This document shows, piece by piece, positions 37,784 through 47,371 of a DNA stretch of 64,000 nt. The notes under the pieces were generated by a model, which saw only the letters and a list, made by a program, of their open reading frames with translations, did no database searches and was not told the DNA's origin. Where the stretch lies: positions 64,414,485-64,478,484 of the forward strand of contig NC_068992.1 in the NCBI RefSeq assembly GCF_001194135.2. Direction: 5' to 3'. This DNA comes from Octopus bimaculoides (Eukaryota). The translations under genes and the position numbers were made by a program. Every line of letters begins with the position of its first letter. Positions within the stretch are counted from its first letter, which is position 1.

Positions 37784-39291
37784 NNNNNNNNNNNNNNNNN
37801 NNNNNNNNNNNNNNNNNNNNNNNNNNNNNNNNNNNNNNNNNNNNNNNNNNNNNNNNNNNNNNNNNNNNNNNNNNNNNNNNNNNNNNNNNNNNNNNNNNNN
37901 NNNNNNNNNNNNNNNNNNNNNNNNNNNNNNNNNNNNNNNNNNNNNNNNNNNNNNNNNNNNNNNNNNNNNNNNNNNNNNNNNNNNNNNNNNNNNNNNNNNN
38001 NNNNNNNNNNNNNNNNNNNNNNNNNNNNNNNNNNNNNNNNNNNNNNNNNNNNNNNNNNNNNNNNNNNNNNNNNNNNNNNNNNNNNNNNNNNNNNNNNNNN
38101 NNNNNNNNNNNNNNNNNNNNNNNNNNNNNNNNNNNNNNNNNNNNNNNNNNNNNNNNNNNNNNNNNNNNNNNNNNNNNNNNNNNNNNNNNNNNNNNNNNNN
38201 NNNNNNNNNNNNNNNNNNNNNNNNNNNNNNNNNNNNNNNNNNNNNNNNNNNNNNNNNNNNNNNNNNNNNNNNNNNNNNNNNNNNNNNNNNNNNNNNNNNN
38301 NNNNNNNNNNTATATATATATATATATATATATATCGTAATCGTGGCCATTGCAATTTGCATGACCTTCGAATATCGGGCCTCACGGAGGCAATGACAAG
38401 TAACTGAGACCTTTGGCGATATGCTGTGCTTGAGAAGACTTATCAAACCAAGTGGAATCGTAGCCTTGTCCATTGTCAGTGTCATGGAAATGGCACCCAT
38501 GAAATTGTAGCTGTGGTCATTGCTTGTGGCACGTAAAAAGCATCCATTACACTCTGAGTGGTTTGTGTTAGGAAGGGCATGCAGCTGTAGAAACCTTGTC
38601 AGAACAGACTGAAACATGGCACAGCTCTCCAGCTGACCAGTTCCAGTCAAACCGTCCACCCCATGCCAGCATGGAAAGTGGATATTAAATGTTGATGACA
38701 ATATGTAGTTGTATGTAAGGCAGCGAGCTGGCAGAAATCTTAGCATGCTGGGCAAAATGCTTAACAATATTTCATCTGTCTTTACATTCTGAGTTCAAAT
38801 TTGGCCGAGATTAACTTTGCCTTTCATCCTTTTGGGGTTGATAAATTAAGTACCAGTTGCATACTGGGGTCAATCTAATTAACTGCCCCAAAATTTCGGG
38901 CCTTGTGCCTAAAGTAGTAAAAAAAATATAGTAGTATGTACTGTTTCACAACTGACTATGGCTCAACAACTGTTGTAATGTTGTAGCAAGTCAAGGTACT
39001 TGTAACAGTGATGTTGACTTAAGTACTACATGTACCCCTCTTTGTACCCTAATTGTTGTTACAGACATAAGCAGATATTAATCTCTTCGAATTATTGTTG
39101 TGTTTCAGTTGCGTAACTCCATCCAGGGCCAAATAGACGCACAAGCTAAACACAAGGCATCCGGTAGACATGATGCTGACAGCAGCGAGGAGGACAACGA
39201 CGACCCGGCCCAGCTAGAGGTTGTGCGCGAAAATGGCCACCGAGAGACATTCACACTAGTCAAGAGGGAGATTGCAGAAGAGACGGTTTGA
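239..39291 (+). CDS. CLCN2: ClC-2-like voltage-gated chloride channel, 3' half (spliced, 12 exons; 5' part lies upstream of the window)
   Basis: Joined exons read [66 protein letters not shown]...CBS1...SILKKTNS...[52 protein letters not shown]. These match ClC-1/ClC-2/Drosophila ClC-a motifs as I know them. All introns are GT-AG and phases chain correctly. Confidence 0.95.
651..766 (+). CDS. CLCN2: ClC exon, helices Q-R including the central Cl- coordinating Tyr (QPSFYDSII)
   Basis: Acceptor ttgcag|GTT; donor GA|gtaagt; translates [38 protein letters not shown]. Confidence 0.95.
1028..1507 (-). mobile_element. 5'-truncated R4/Dong-clade (RLE) non-LTR retrotransposon 3' end inside a (TAA)n array
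   Basis: 1446->1234 reads [30 protein letters not shown]...[20 protein letters not shown] without interruption; ~190-nt 3' UTR; (ATT)n on both flanks. Confidence 0.85.
1898..2031 (+). CDS. CLCN2: ClC exon, CBS1 first half ([13 protein letters not shown]...SYPLVDTP)
   Basis: Acceptor ctag|T (phase 2); donor G|gtaagt; VEDIM and YPLVD CBS motifs. Confidence 0.93.
2566..2990 (+). mobile_element. CORE-type SINE with the same head and core but a different tail (tail D, ending in (GAT)n)
   Basis: The head and core match 16715. The tail gaaaggcatccagct..agaaa...acccatgcaagcat.gaaaagtgga is shared with 380-600, 12930-13225, 17640-17775, 38335-38700 and 56860-57205. Confidence 0.7.
3063..3394 (+). 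CDS. CLCN2: ClC exon, end of CBS1 and start of the inter-CBS linker ([18 protein letters not shown]...HHSL)
   Basis: Acceptor ttgcag|AA; donor TTA|gtaagt; SMILLGSI motif of ClC-1/2. Confidence 0.93.
3914..4700 (-). mobile_element. Degraded Tc1-family transposase (DD34E)
   Basis: FMEDGAPCH...[15 protein letters not shown] with exactly 34 residues between D and E; upstream Tc3-type HTH segment ([13 protein letters not shown]...ARRKLLL...RKYWA); frameshifted. Confidence 0.9.
7067..7226. mobile_element. Foldback MITE with ~65-bp imperfect inverted arms
   Basis: Left arm ...ttattatttgggggtcaaaatttt pairs with right arm aaaattttgactccaaataataa...; termini ttagcc / ggttaa. Confidence 0.6.
7862..8140 (-). 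mobile_element. Mariner-type transposase N-terminal HTH remnant
   Basis: [67 protein letters not shown], with one stop and a later frameshift. Confidence 0.85.
9922..10008 (+). CDS. CLCN2: ClC linker exon, 87 nt, phase 0-0 ([29 protein letters not shown])
   Basis: Acceptor ttcctttag|GTA; donor TCG|gtaaag; open only in the required phase-0 frame; no family motif to confirm it. Confidence 0.7.
13502..13824. mobile_element. hAT/Charlie-type MITE
   Basis: TIRs CAGGGGTTCTCAACC / GGTTGAGAAGCACTG; no TSD recognisable. Confidence 0.65.
14540..15070. repeat. ~530-bp compound (ATT)n/(AAT-ACT-ATT) trinucleotide array
   Basis: Directly visible. Confidence 0.95.
15386..15599. mobile_element. piggyBac-type MITE, copy of the 35324 family
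   Basis: TTAA-CCCTTT left end; shared interior (cagattact.tcaa.tgtaat...gacattgtag); right end degenerate. Confidence 0.65.
16196..16360 (-). mobile_element. SINE-like family H with a (CAA)n tail
   Basis: ttgttg..tagccccaggtcag...aagcattc.agccatgacc...gagggagattt..ctgctatttc.agcag recurs at ~23690, 24850, 27640, 30560, 30790, 32750, 35605, 49815, 50140, and in the opposite orientation at 50460-50650. Confidence 0.7.
16715..17028 (+). mobile_element. CORE-type tRNA SINE (octopus OR-like): head, core, (GT)n, tail C
   Basis: tRNA head, then core accttgggcaa.tgtcttctactatagcc (MIR-core-like), internal (GT)n, then tail. Related copies at 55760-56020 (+), 17145-17542 (-), 8330-8520 (-), 51770-51990 (-), 52350-52590 (+), 62890-63130 (-). 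Confidence 0.8.
17145..17542 (-). mobile_element. CORE-type SINE, full length, inverted relative to the 16715 copy
   Basis: Reverse complement of head, core and tail C (ggtgctccagcatggcc.cagtcaaatgactgaaaca). Confidence 0.8.
17912..18405 (+). mobile_element. hAT Buster/Charlie-type (SCAND3/ZBED8-like) transposase remnant, N-terminal part
   Basis: [19 protein letters not shown]...[21 protein letters not shown] (BED-like zinc finger), then [19 protein letters not shown] and [14 protein letters not shown]; frameshifted. Confidence 0.85.
18706..19415 (+). mobile_element. Three head-to-tail copies of tRNA-derived SINE family A with (ATT)n tails
   Basis: Each copy reads gg..agctggcagaat...gttctgagttcaaatt...gactttgcctttcatcc...aagtaccagtt...aaaatttcaggccttgtgcc..tagaaaggattatt. 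Other copies at ~10946, 13966, 22355, 22546, 22773, 28500, 28685, 38720, 42978, 46650. Confidence 0.85.
19510..19636 (+). CDS. CLCN2: ClC linker exon, phase 0-1 ([42 protein letters not shown])
   Basis: Acceptor ttctag|CTA; donor A|gtaagt; SILKKTNS matches the invertebrate ClC-a linker as I recall it. The 5' end could instead be 19555. Confidence 0.85.
20492..20574 (+). CDS. CLCN2: ClC linker exon, phase 1-0 ([28 protein letters not shown])
   Basis: Acceptor tttttag|TG; donor AAG|gttagt; restores the phase left by the previous exon. Confidence 0.75.
21097..21320. mobile_element. TTAA-ended MITE-like repeat; second copy at ~20058-20275
   Basis: The two copies share aaataactttgtcatt..aagct.gtgttt.gaacataaa...tggaaggttttaatttaga; left end TTAACCC. 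Confidence 0.5.
21471..21512 (+). CDS. CLCN2: Putative 42-nt ClC linker mini-exon ([14 protein letters not shown] in phase 0)
   Basis: Good acceptor ctaattctttgtatttacag and donor ACG|gtaaat; length divisible by 3; no homology support. Confidence 0.5.
22355..22960 (+). mobile_element. Tandem cluster of three family A SINE copies
   Basis: Same consensus as 18706-19415, separated by (ATT)n; third copy much more decayed. Confidence 0.75.
23355..23700. repeat. Tandem array of 6-7 units (~50-65 bp) derived from the family H tail
   Basis: Each unit is ttgttg...gtagccc.aggtca.tcctgatcc; the last unit continues into a family H body. Confidence 0.8.
24918..25585. mobile_element. hAT/Charlie-type MITE (interrupted by (TA)n and a gap)
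   Basis: TIRs CAGTGGTTCCCATCC / GGTTGGGAACCACTG (14/15); 8-bp TSD atctagtg / atccagtg (7/8). Confidence 0.8.
26170..26575. mobile_element. ~400-bp foldback element whose arms each contain a tRNA-like unit
   Basis: Arms ~26170-26355 and ~26390-26575 are imperfect reverse complements; A-box-like TGGTCTAGTGG and B-box-like GTTTCAATCCC in the right arm; (TA)n on both outer flanks; shorter relative at 43270-43425. Confidence 0.65.
29370..29610 (-). mobile_element. Second R4/Dong-like 3' end (different subfamily) inside (TAA)n
   Basis: 29580->29491 reads [29 protein letters not shown]; (ATT)n on both sides; 3' UTR differs from the 1.2-kb copy. Confidence 0.75.
29862..30050 (+). mobile_element. 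tRNA-derived SINE family E
   Basis: Head gcatagctcagtggttag...gagttcgatt, then gttcttgagcaagac.ctttatttcac.ttgctccagttcac. Copies at 2250-2545 (+), 5011-5150 (+) and 52015-52195 (-). Confidence 0.75.
31930..32284 (+). repeat. ~350-nt polypyrimidine tract ending in (CCT)n/(CCG), abutting an exon acceptor
   Basis: Directly visible; very few purines. Confidence 0.95.
32285..32329 (+). CDS. CLCN2: 45-nt ClC linker mini-exon ([15 protein letters not shown])
   Basis: Acceptor ttcacag|CCT after a ~350-nt pyrimidine tract; donor AAG|gtaagc; only phase 0 is open; QEEV aligns loosely with PEEI preceding CBS2 in ClC-2. Confidence 0.75.
32810..33370. repeat. Degenerate minisatellite of a ~10/20-bp unit (tgtct[gt]agat / gtgtcttaca)
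   Basis: Recurrent atgtgtct, ctgagat and cttacat motifs over ~550 bp. Confidence 0.7.
33850..34065 (+). mobile_element. Probable RTE-like 3' end with a (CCAAT/CCAGT)n pentamer tail
   Basis: [13 protein letters not shown] resembles the A.DR..WR terminal motif of RTE ORFs and is followed directly by a pentamer tandem tail at 33995-34065. Confidence 0.4.
34751..34828. repeat. Perfect 3 x 26-bp tandem repeat (ataatttaacactgattaaacagtca)
   Basis: Units start at 34751, 34777 and 34803. Confidence 0.95.
35185..35289 (+). CDS. CLCN2: ClC exon, start of CBS2 ([35 protein letters not shown])
   Basis: Acceptor tgtcag|GAT; donor AAG|gtcagt; [15 protein letters not shown] hallmark. Confidence 0.95.
35324..35543. 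mobile_element. piggyBac-type MITE, 220 bp
   Basis: TTAA TSD on both sides; TIRs CCCTTTGGCATT / AATGCTAAAGGG; a second, more decayed copy at 15386-15599. Confidence 0.8.
36563..36649 (+). CDS. CLCN2: ClC exon, CBS2 ([29 protein letters not shown])
   Basis: Acceptor ttgcag|GTC; donor GAG|gtaaat. Confidence 0.95.
39109..39291 (+). CDS. CLCN2: ClC terminal coding exon (LRNSIQGQ...IAEETV*)
   Basis: Acceptor tttcag|TTG; LRNSIQG corresponds to LRKAIEG of ClC-2; TGA at 39289-39291. Confidence 0.9.
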   Translation: MRNSIQGQIDAQAKHKASGRHDADSSEEDNDDPAQLEVVRENGHRETFTLVKREIAEETV

Positions 39292-39920
39292 AATGAAAGG
39301 ATGTGGTGAAACGTGTCTTGGTTTCCTGGTTTCCAAATACTTGAATGTGTGTGTGTGTATACATGTTTGTCTGCTTTGGCATTCTCTCTCTCTCTCTCTC
39401 TGGAATCACATTTGTACAAATTCTTAAAAAAAAAGAAGAGAGAAAAAATACCAAAAGGTAAAGGAAAAGAAAAACAAAGCTTTGTTCAGATNNNNNNNNN
39501 NNNNNNNNNNNNNNNNNNNNNNNNNNNNNNNNNNNNNNNNNNNNNNNNNNNNNNNNNNNNNNNNNNNNNNNNNNNNNNNNNNNNNNNNNNNNNNNNNNNN
39601 NNNNNNNNNNNNNNNNNNNNNNNNNNNNNNNNNNNNNNNNNNNNNNNNNNNNNNNNNNNNNNNNNNNNNNNNNNNNNNNNNNNNNNNNNNNNNNNNNNNN
39701 NNNNNNNNNNNNAACAAAAAAAACAAAAATGAAAGAAACAATTTTAACCTCCCCTCCACCCCACCCCAGTCATCATCATCGTAATCATCATCATCATCTT
39801 CATTTTTCTTCCAACCATAGACCACCGTCCATCTTAGACATTCGCCTCCGTTGCTGCTATACTCTGTGGTTCTAACAGCACCGATGCCAGTCTAAACAAC
39901 TCTTGATGCTTCCTTCAGAC

Positions 39921-39926
39921 AATAAA
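39921..39926 (+). terminator. Candidate polyadenylation signal of the ClC gene
   Basis: AATAAA about 630 nt after the stop, followed by a T/GT-rich stretch at ~39957-39985. AATAAA is common by chance in this AT-rich DNA. Confidence 0.3.
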
Positions 39927-40499
39927 GAACAAAACACAAACACAAAACAATTACATATTTTTGTTTTTGTATTTTTTCTTTTTCTGTTACTCCCCCCCAC
40001 CTCCCACCAAATGCTTCCAAACTGAATGTTTTTAAAAACATTTCAAAGAAATTTTCCTATCATTTTTTTTCTTTTATTTCTCTTTTTATTCTATTCATCT
40101 TGACCTGCATTTATTGTCAAAGTTTTCGTTCCACTTCAGACTTTAGGCAATCCACAATTACAGTTGGTACCTATTGGAAACAAATTGTTTTTGATTTTTT
40201 TAAAGAATTTTGATCTCTTCAGTAAATGAAATATCAACAAAAAAAACAAAAAAAATGAAAAAAAAATGCCGTGCAATATTTTATTTAATTGCATCATTTT
40301 ATGTTTTGAGTTCAAATCATGCCAAGGTTGCCTTTGTCTCTTTTATACTTACAGAGCTTTGATAGAATAAGTAAATACCAGATAAGTTCTGACAGATGAT
40401 GATCTGATTGCCCCAGTCCTTCCACCAAATGTTTACCAATATCATCATCATCATCATCATTATGAAACATTCATTGTGGAGATAGTTTGAAGGCAAGTT

Positions 40500-41520
40500 G
40501 GAAGTCCTATGGTGATGGGAACAGGCAAATGGTGTTGCTGGAAGTTTCTAGCTGGAGTCTCACACATAGGTAGCAGAAAGGGTGATTGCTATTTCTTCAT
40601 AGAATCCAAAAGTGCCAGCAAAATTTGTGTCCCCTTTATGTGGCAATCAGTCCTATCTAGCTGTAACACTGCTTCTCCAATATCGGAGGCGGGGCAACAA
40701 AAGGAACCCTAAAAAAATGTTTCCTTCAGTAAGCTTGGCATTAACTGCAGATGTCTCGCCACCCAGTTTATGGCAGTTGAGATAAAGATAAGAAAAATAA
40801 AAAGAAACGTGCTAATCTTTGGTTGTTGAAATGTAGGAACTTTACAAGACAGCAAAGATGGTCTGGAATGGAAAGCAGCACTAATTGCAAAGGTAATCAG
40901 CTCATATAATATCGATATTGCTGTTCTAAGTGAAACCAAGCTTGCAGACACTGATGAATTAGAAGTTGGAAATGGTTTCACATTGTTTTGAGTGGAAAGC
41001 TGGCAGATGAACCAAGAATTCATGGTGTTGGCTTTGCAATTAAATTGATTCTACTTTGCAAGTTGCCACCCATCTTTCAAGCTGTTGATGAGTGTCTCAT
41101 GACATTCCATATACCCAAAGGTAATTCCTCGTCTATGTACATTATCAGTACATATGCACCTACTTTACAGCATCTGAATAAAAACACAACTTCTTCTATT
41201 CCAAATTGCAGATAGTTGTCAGTAAAATTCCGTATTACGGCAGTCATATTGGTGGGTGATTTTAATGACAGGATAGAAAACAAACTCACAGCTTGGTCAA
41301 GAGTAATAGGAAAACATGGAACAGGAACGATGAATGAAAGCAGTTTATGGGTGCTGTCCTTTTGTCAACCGTTTGGTCTAATAGTCACAAACATGGTATT
41401 TCAGCAGGCAGATAAATATAAAAACACCTGGAAGCATCCCTGGTCTGGTAACTGGAAGAGCAAAGATTGCAGTGATTTCAGATTAACCAAAGCTCACCAA
41501 AACACCTGAGCATTACTTGG
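40500..41520 (+). mobile_element. RTE (BovB-like) LINE 5' remnant, AP-endonuclease domain
   Basis: NVGTLQD...YNIDIAVLSETKLAD...RIHGVGFAI...IISTYAPTL...ILVGDFNDRI...IGKHGTGTMNE...LIVTNMVFQQADKYKNTWKHP, with stops and frameshifts. Confidence 0.85.
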
Positions 41521-42726
41521 ATTACAGAACGGTTTGCAGTAAGGTGTTTGTTAAACCATATACAAAGAGGCCACTGAGATCCACTATACCTCTGAGAATA
41601 AATGTCTTCTTTAAAAAAATCCAGAAACAACAAAAATCTCAAAGCTACACGATAATACATGATCAATTCATGACAATGTGAATAAAAAAGTATTACATTT
41701 GGATTACTTTGAGAAACAAATGGTAGTGGTACTGATGTTTTGGTGGTGGCCCACCAGACATCAGCTGTTCCAGTCAAACATGCACAGACCAATTAAATGA
41801 GAGAAGACTACAGCAGATCAGCCATGCTTGTGGAAGCTTGTTGTCTTATGCATTTCACAATATGGTGGGGAAGACCTAAGTGTAAACCTGCATAAGATAC
41901 CAATCAGTTGCTGATAGTTGTACATACTGGAGGCAGTGAACTCATTAGTACTGTAAGTCAGTGAAACACTCTTCAAATTCACAGTGTTACTGCTGTTTGC
42001 TGAGGCAAACCAAATCACCTCAACCACAGTTAGATGAAGCTGGCTACTGAGAGGCTGTTGTGTCCCTAGCTTGTACATTTATCAGTTATGGGCACATAAC
42101 TGTCACTACAATTGACCCAATGACTAGATATGAATTATAAAACCTATAGCTTTTTTGTCCACTACCTCATCGACTCAGTAAACTGCATTGTTTCCCTTTT
42201 CTAGAGTTTACTTCCACTCCCACCTCTACTCCACTGGAACCAGAACTTTTGTGCGAATCTTAAATCTTAACCCTTTCTGCCCCATTACTCTTACCACCAC
42301 TCCCCCTGCATTCCTTCCTAATTAGGAAGTTTTTCTGTTCCCTTTCTGGAATAGACTGCATTTTTCCTTTTTATGGTTTGTCTTGCTCAAAGGAGGAGGA
42401 GGAGGAGGAGCAGCAGCAGTGCCCGTAGCCCCTTTCAGGGCTTCTGGAAGGGGTTTGAAGGGGAGAGGAAGGAGACAAAGAAATTAGAACTTGTAGGTTG
42501 CTACAGTAGAGAGCAACACACTGAGATATCATATTGTCCTCAGACTAGAGACATGGTTCAAATTCTTGCTGCAGGCTACCCAGGGGTCAGGCAGCAGTGT
42601 TAAATCAGGTAATGGACTGACCGCTATCACCTTGAAACAACCAATTAGCTTCATACCATAAATCTGTATATTCAAGGTTGACCTAAAAATACAACCACAA
42701 CAACATTGTTTAAATGAACAGGCGTC

Positions 42727-42732
42727 TTTATT
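42727..42732 (-). terminator. Candidate polyadenylation signal of the THSD4-like gene (3' UTR about 1.1 kb)
   Basis: AATAAA on the - strand followed about 25-45 nt later by a GT-rich element (gttgttgtggttgtatttt). Confidence 0.5.
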
Positions 42733-43847
42733 AATATCACAATAATATATTTACATAAACATTTTATAGTCTAAACTTTTCTTTTGAATGTGACCAAAAT
42801 GCTACAGCAAGAATGTCTGCAATCATTGTCTTCTATTCAGTTATTGGTTAGTTCCAAAAATGGCCTTTTATTTCTTTCTTCCATAAAATCTCTTTAAATT
42901 AACATCTATGTTTTCTTTCTACTACTACTATTATCATTATCATTATTATCATTATTATTATTATTATTATTATTTAGATGGTGAGCTAGCGGAATCATTA
43001 GCGCTTTGGACAAAATGCTTAGCGGCGTTTCTGTTGGGTTTTTTTTTCTTCTCTCCTCAGTTCAAATCCCACCAAGGGCAGTTTTGTCTTTCATTCTTTC
43101 AGAGTCAATAAAATACAGTACTAGGGTCGATGTAATCGACTTGCCCCCTCCCCTCAAAATTACTGGCCTTGTGCTAAAATCTAAAAGAATTATCATTATT
43201 ATAGCTTATTACTTATTTCATTTTGAAACTGTGTATCTTGAAACAATTAAAGCTATGAAAAATAGCATACAAATATTAACTTAAAGACCCTTTGGATAGA
43301 AAAAGTCAAAGGCTGTTCATAGGACACAAGTCTACAGAATGTCATGTTTATAGGAGATATCGGTTCTTGTCCTATGAACAGTTTTCAACGTTTACTATCC
43401 AAAGCATTTTAAACCCAATGTTTATTATTTGTAGTTTTATTTGCTTTGAGATCCACTGTTCCAAAATAAAATTATTTCACATTCCCTCAAAGTAGTTATG
43501 CGTCGTTATGTTGTCATTTTTTAATGACTGATTCATTAGAATGAGAATAAGTGAAGTTTGCTGAAGGGATATCTAAATTAATATTAAATTCATTAGTGAT
43601 GCTTGTCATACCCTAGAAAATAATATTTTTCTTTTCTTTTGAACAAGTTTATTAGCACTAACCAAGGTGTATTATGACAATCTGTGTGTAATATTAACAT
43701 CTTTTGCCATGTTATAATTGGGTTAAAATAAAACTGAGACCCAGGAAATTGATTGTGGTCTGTGTCGATAAAAGTTATACAGTAAAGTTTGTGAATTTAG
43801 ATAAGTGTGTGTGTGTGTGTCTTGAAGAGAGGAGGCTGTTGATGGTT

Positions 43848-43978
43848 TTAGTGGAGCGAAGAGTTCTGTTGTGAACATGTGACACAGCACTTCTGTTTAT
43901 AGACAGGGTTGTTACATAAGCGAGCTCTCATCACAAGCTGGCAGTTTTTATGTCCATATTTGTCAACACAAGAGTGAT
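43848..43978 (-). CDS. THSD4: THSD4-like terminal exon, PLAC domain ([43 protein letters not shown]); not in the ORF track
   Basis: Acceptor ctttcag|AT; six-Cys PLAC pattern C.D...C..V..ARLC....Y...CC..C; TAA at 43848-43850. Confidence 0.93.
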
Positions 43979-46900
43979 CTGAAAGGACGAAAAAAGTCAT
44001 AGTCAAAACAATATATTAATATTTATCATATTTCAATCCTTTTTCTAAGAGATAATAAATTGCAGTTAAATTTTGACTGGCAACACTTGTTGAACAAGTT
44101 CCACAGCATCTTTGATGAATTTATTGTAGCAATCATCTTTTTATGGAAATATAAAACACAGTGACTCTAGCTGTAAATACACTTCAATTAAATCATTGTT
44201 TCATTGAGATGATTTGCTATATTTTGTTGGCACACAAACTTTCCATATGTTTAACATAAGCATTGGCAAAGATTCTCCAATGTTAATTGCAATCATTTGT
44301 TTAATTACACAAGTGATTCTGTATGTTCATGATCCATGTGCAAATGTGATGCATGATCAATGCATGCCTTATTCACTTCGTAACACATCTATAAGTAGCA
44401 ATGGTTTCCCATTCTTGTTCAGTGGCAGACAATACAGGCATACGAGTTTCAAGTGCAGACTCCTTGTATGATACTCTGACTGTTTCCCTGTTTTATACCT
44501 TGTGAAATATCAGTATATATGTATATATGGATGGATAGATGGATGGACGAATAATGACAAATCTTCATATGTGGTTCATTACAATACTGAACTAAACATG
44601 AAAAAGCAACAACATAGACCATAAATCAGATAACCAACCAATCTATAAATCAATACTTACCAATGTTGGTCGAGGGGACCCGGCAGCTGTGAATATTACA
44701 TTTCTTGGTTTTGGGTGGCATTTCAGTGCAGTTGGTTGATGGTTTAAATTCTTTATTGAAACATTTTACTTGTCTGGTTTGCTGTCCTTCTCCGCAAGTT
44801 GAACTGCACTACAATTCAGAGATATAGACATATATATATATATATATAAAGAAGGAAATGCACTGACATCATATATTCACTATGAAACTCCATTCCGTTT
44901 TTATACCAGTTTCACTTTTAAAAGTTAATCATTGTTTTATACTTAGTGATGCTATGAATTCTTAACTTGTTGTTAATAGTAATTGGAGTGATAATAAATA
45001 AAACATTTTGTGTCTTATAATGATAATTATAAAGATAATAATAAATGCCCTGATGCAATACCAGACATCAGCTCTCATGGCTTCTGTTCTTAATTGATTG
45101 GAAGTGTTATCATGTACATGTTTTGTCTTGGTGTAAAAAGATGGGCTACAACAAATATTCTGCTCAATACCACAGCTTTACTAGTCAGTTGTTTGACCGT
45201 AACCAGTTGATCATGTCCCTTAATGGCTGGCGATATGTGCATCTCTGATCATGAGCAGAAGTAGTGGGGGAGCATCATAGCCATGTGTTGAGAGGAATTT
45301 ATTGGAGTTTCAATAATTCACCTCTCAACACATAGGTGTTTTATTTAACATCCTTAAACAACCCTTATTCAGGGACTTTTTGAGCGGGATGGGCTACTCA
45401 ACCTGAAAAAAATTCTCACTGGGCCCACCTGCAAAGTCATGTGCTGTTTATCTTGATATGAGATCACCACGTCACGCACATATGCCTAGTGTACCCTTAT
45501 CACACGGGTAGTCATGATGGGTGTACTGGGCTTTGTATAATTGTACCACAGTCACTTTGATGGCATGCACTGTTCTCCCTCACTCAATAATAATAATAAT
45601 AAATCAATTGCTAACATATTAATTATTTATATTAATTATACATAATTAAGTGGTCAATATTTTCCAGTGAATAGAATGCTTCATTGATCCACTGTTCAGA
45701 TGTTCCATCTGTACACTGCTATAAAGAAGAAAAAAAAATTGAATTGGTGATTACATGCATAGGAATGTATATGTTTCTCTAAAAGATATTTGTAAGCAGG
45801 AAATCTAATTTGCTCTTGGTGTAGTGTCATTCATTTTCTTGAAATCTGTCAATTGTGTCTTGTATAATTCTCTTCACATCTTGAATATATTATTTACTAA
45901 ATCAGATTTTCAGATGCCCACGTTTAATTATTGTTTACCTTAAAATATTGTCTTTGTTTAAAATGGAATTCTGATCTTTTGGACAATATAAAGTATATTC
46001 CGCAGTTTGATCCTCTATGTTTTTTAACTATTGACTTTGTTGTCATTGTATACAAGTGTTAACATTTTCTTTAATGATTTTGGTCATCTTTTATATTTTA
46101 GTCTAGTGTGTGTGTTTGTAAATCCCAATTCATCCTGGTGTCATTTTCCAGCATTGGTACATTTGAAAAATAACATTACATGCTTTATTGTTTCTGTAAT
46201 TGCGAAGAGCAATATAGAGCAACATTTTCAATTCAAATATTTTATTTTGTTTCACCTGTCTTAGAATCTGGGCGTCAGTTGTCTTGGCTCATTGTACCCC
46301 ATCATCTATTATGAACAGTGGATAATATGCACATCAACAAATATCTTTCCATGAGTGTATCTTTTAAATTCTTGAAGTCGTATATCCATATTATTTATAT
46401 TGGGCATGGATGTGTGTGTGTGTGTGTGTGGCGGGGGACAATAAGTCTTCTCAAATATTAAGAATCTTTCTTAGGATTGTAGCAGAATACAGGATTGTAT
46501 TTTCCTTCTGGTTGACATTGTGAGTCACAGTATCCAATATGTTTTAGTCTTGGAGGCAGAAGTTTGGGTGTTGTGCCAAATGCAATGGCTACCACAGGAA
46601 TAATTGTCATCATCGTCTTCCACAGACTCAGCTAGTTACCTTTTAAGTTCTTCAGGTTCGACTTTATCTTTCATCCTTTCAGAGTTGATAAAATAAATTA
46701 CCAGTTGAACACCATCACCTAGACGTTTCGATTTCGTTTTGGAAGTGAATGAACCAGTGGCATTGATAAGCTGCAATACAGCGAAATACGTATCTGCTGC
46801 TCTCGTGTTCAGTTCTGGGGCGATGTCGTTTCACCGAGCTCTGAAGTATAGTGCGCATTTGAACATTATACGTCTTTAATGAGATTTTTCCCAGACGAAA

Positions 46901-47322
46901 AACTGCAGCTTTTTGGCATTTGAAGAACTCACGTGAGTCAACTATGTGATATTGGTAATGTTTATAGTATAGAGCTGTTTCTATTACGGGATCTGAATTT
47001 ATGATACAAAAGTGATTAGACATGTTCCTCCTGACCCATGCAAAAGTAAATCAGAAGAATCCATTTCAAAGAAGCTTGCCAAACTCTCCTGGCCTGTGTC
47101 TCTTCAACACAGGGGGGGGGGGCGTTTCGATGCGCATGACTACTTCCATGACATGAAAGACTTTTAAAACGATGGGCCAAAGGGAAGAAAGAAAAAGAGA
47201 AAATAAACACGGGCGTTTCTCACTGNNNNNNNNNNTGTCCTATTTTCCATAAACACACACACACACACATATTTACACATACTTACACACATATATGTAT
47301 ATATATATATACATACATACAT

Positions 47323-47371
<49 letters not shown>

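Noticed and set aside
39280-39291. ClC C-terminus EETV* looking like a class I PDZ ligand
   Set aside because: Position -2 is Glu, not Ser/Thr. At most it is a class III-type motif, with no supporting evidence.
41818-42078. YQQLIGIL motif reminiscent of Copia RT
   Set aside because: The match is too short and the flanking RT motifs are absent.
46715-47023. 102-aa minus-strand ORF
   Set aside because: No recognisable domain or splice context; possibly a decayed repeat.
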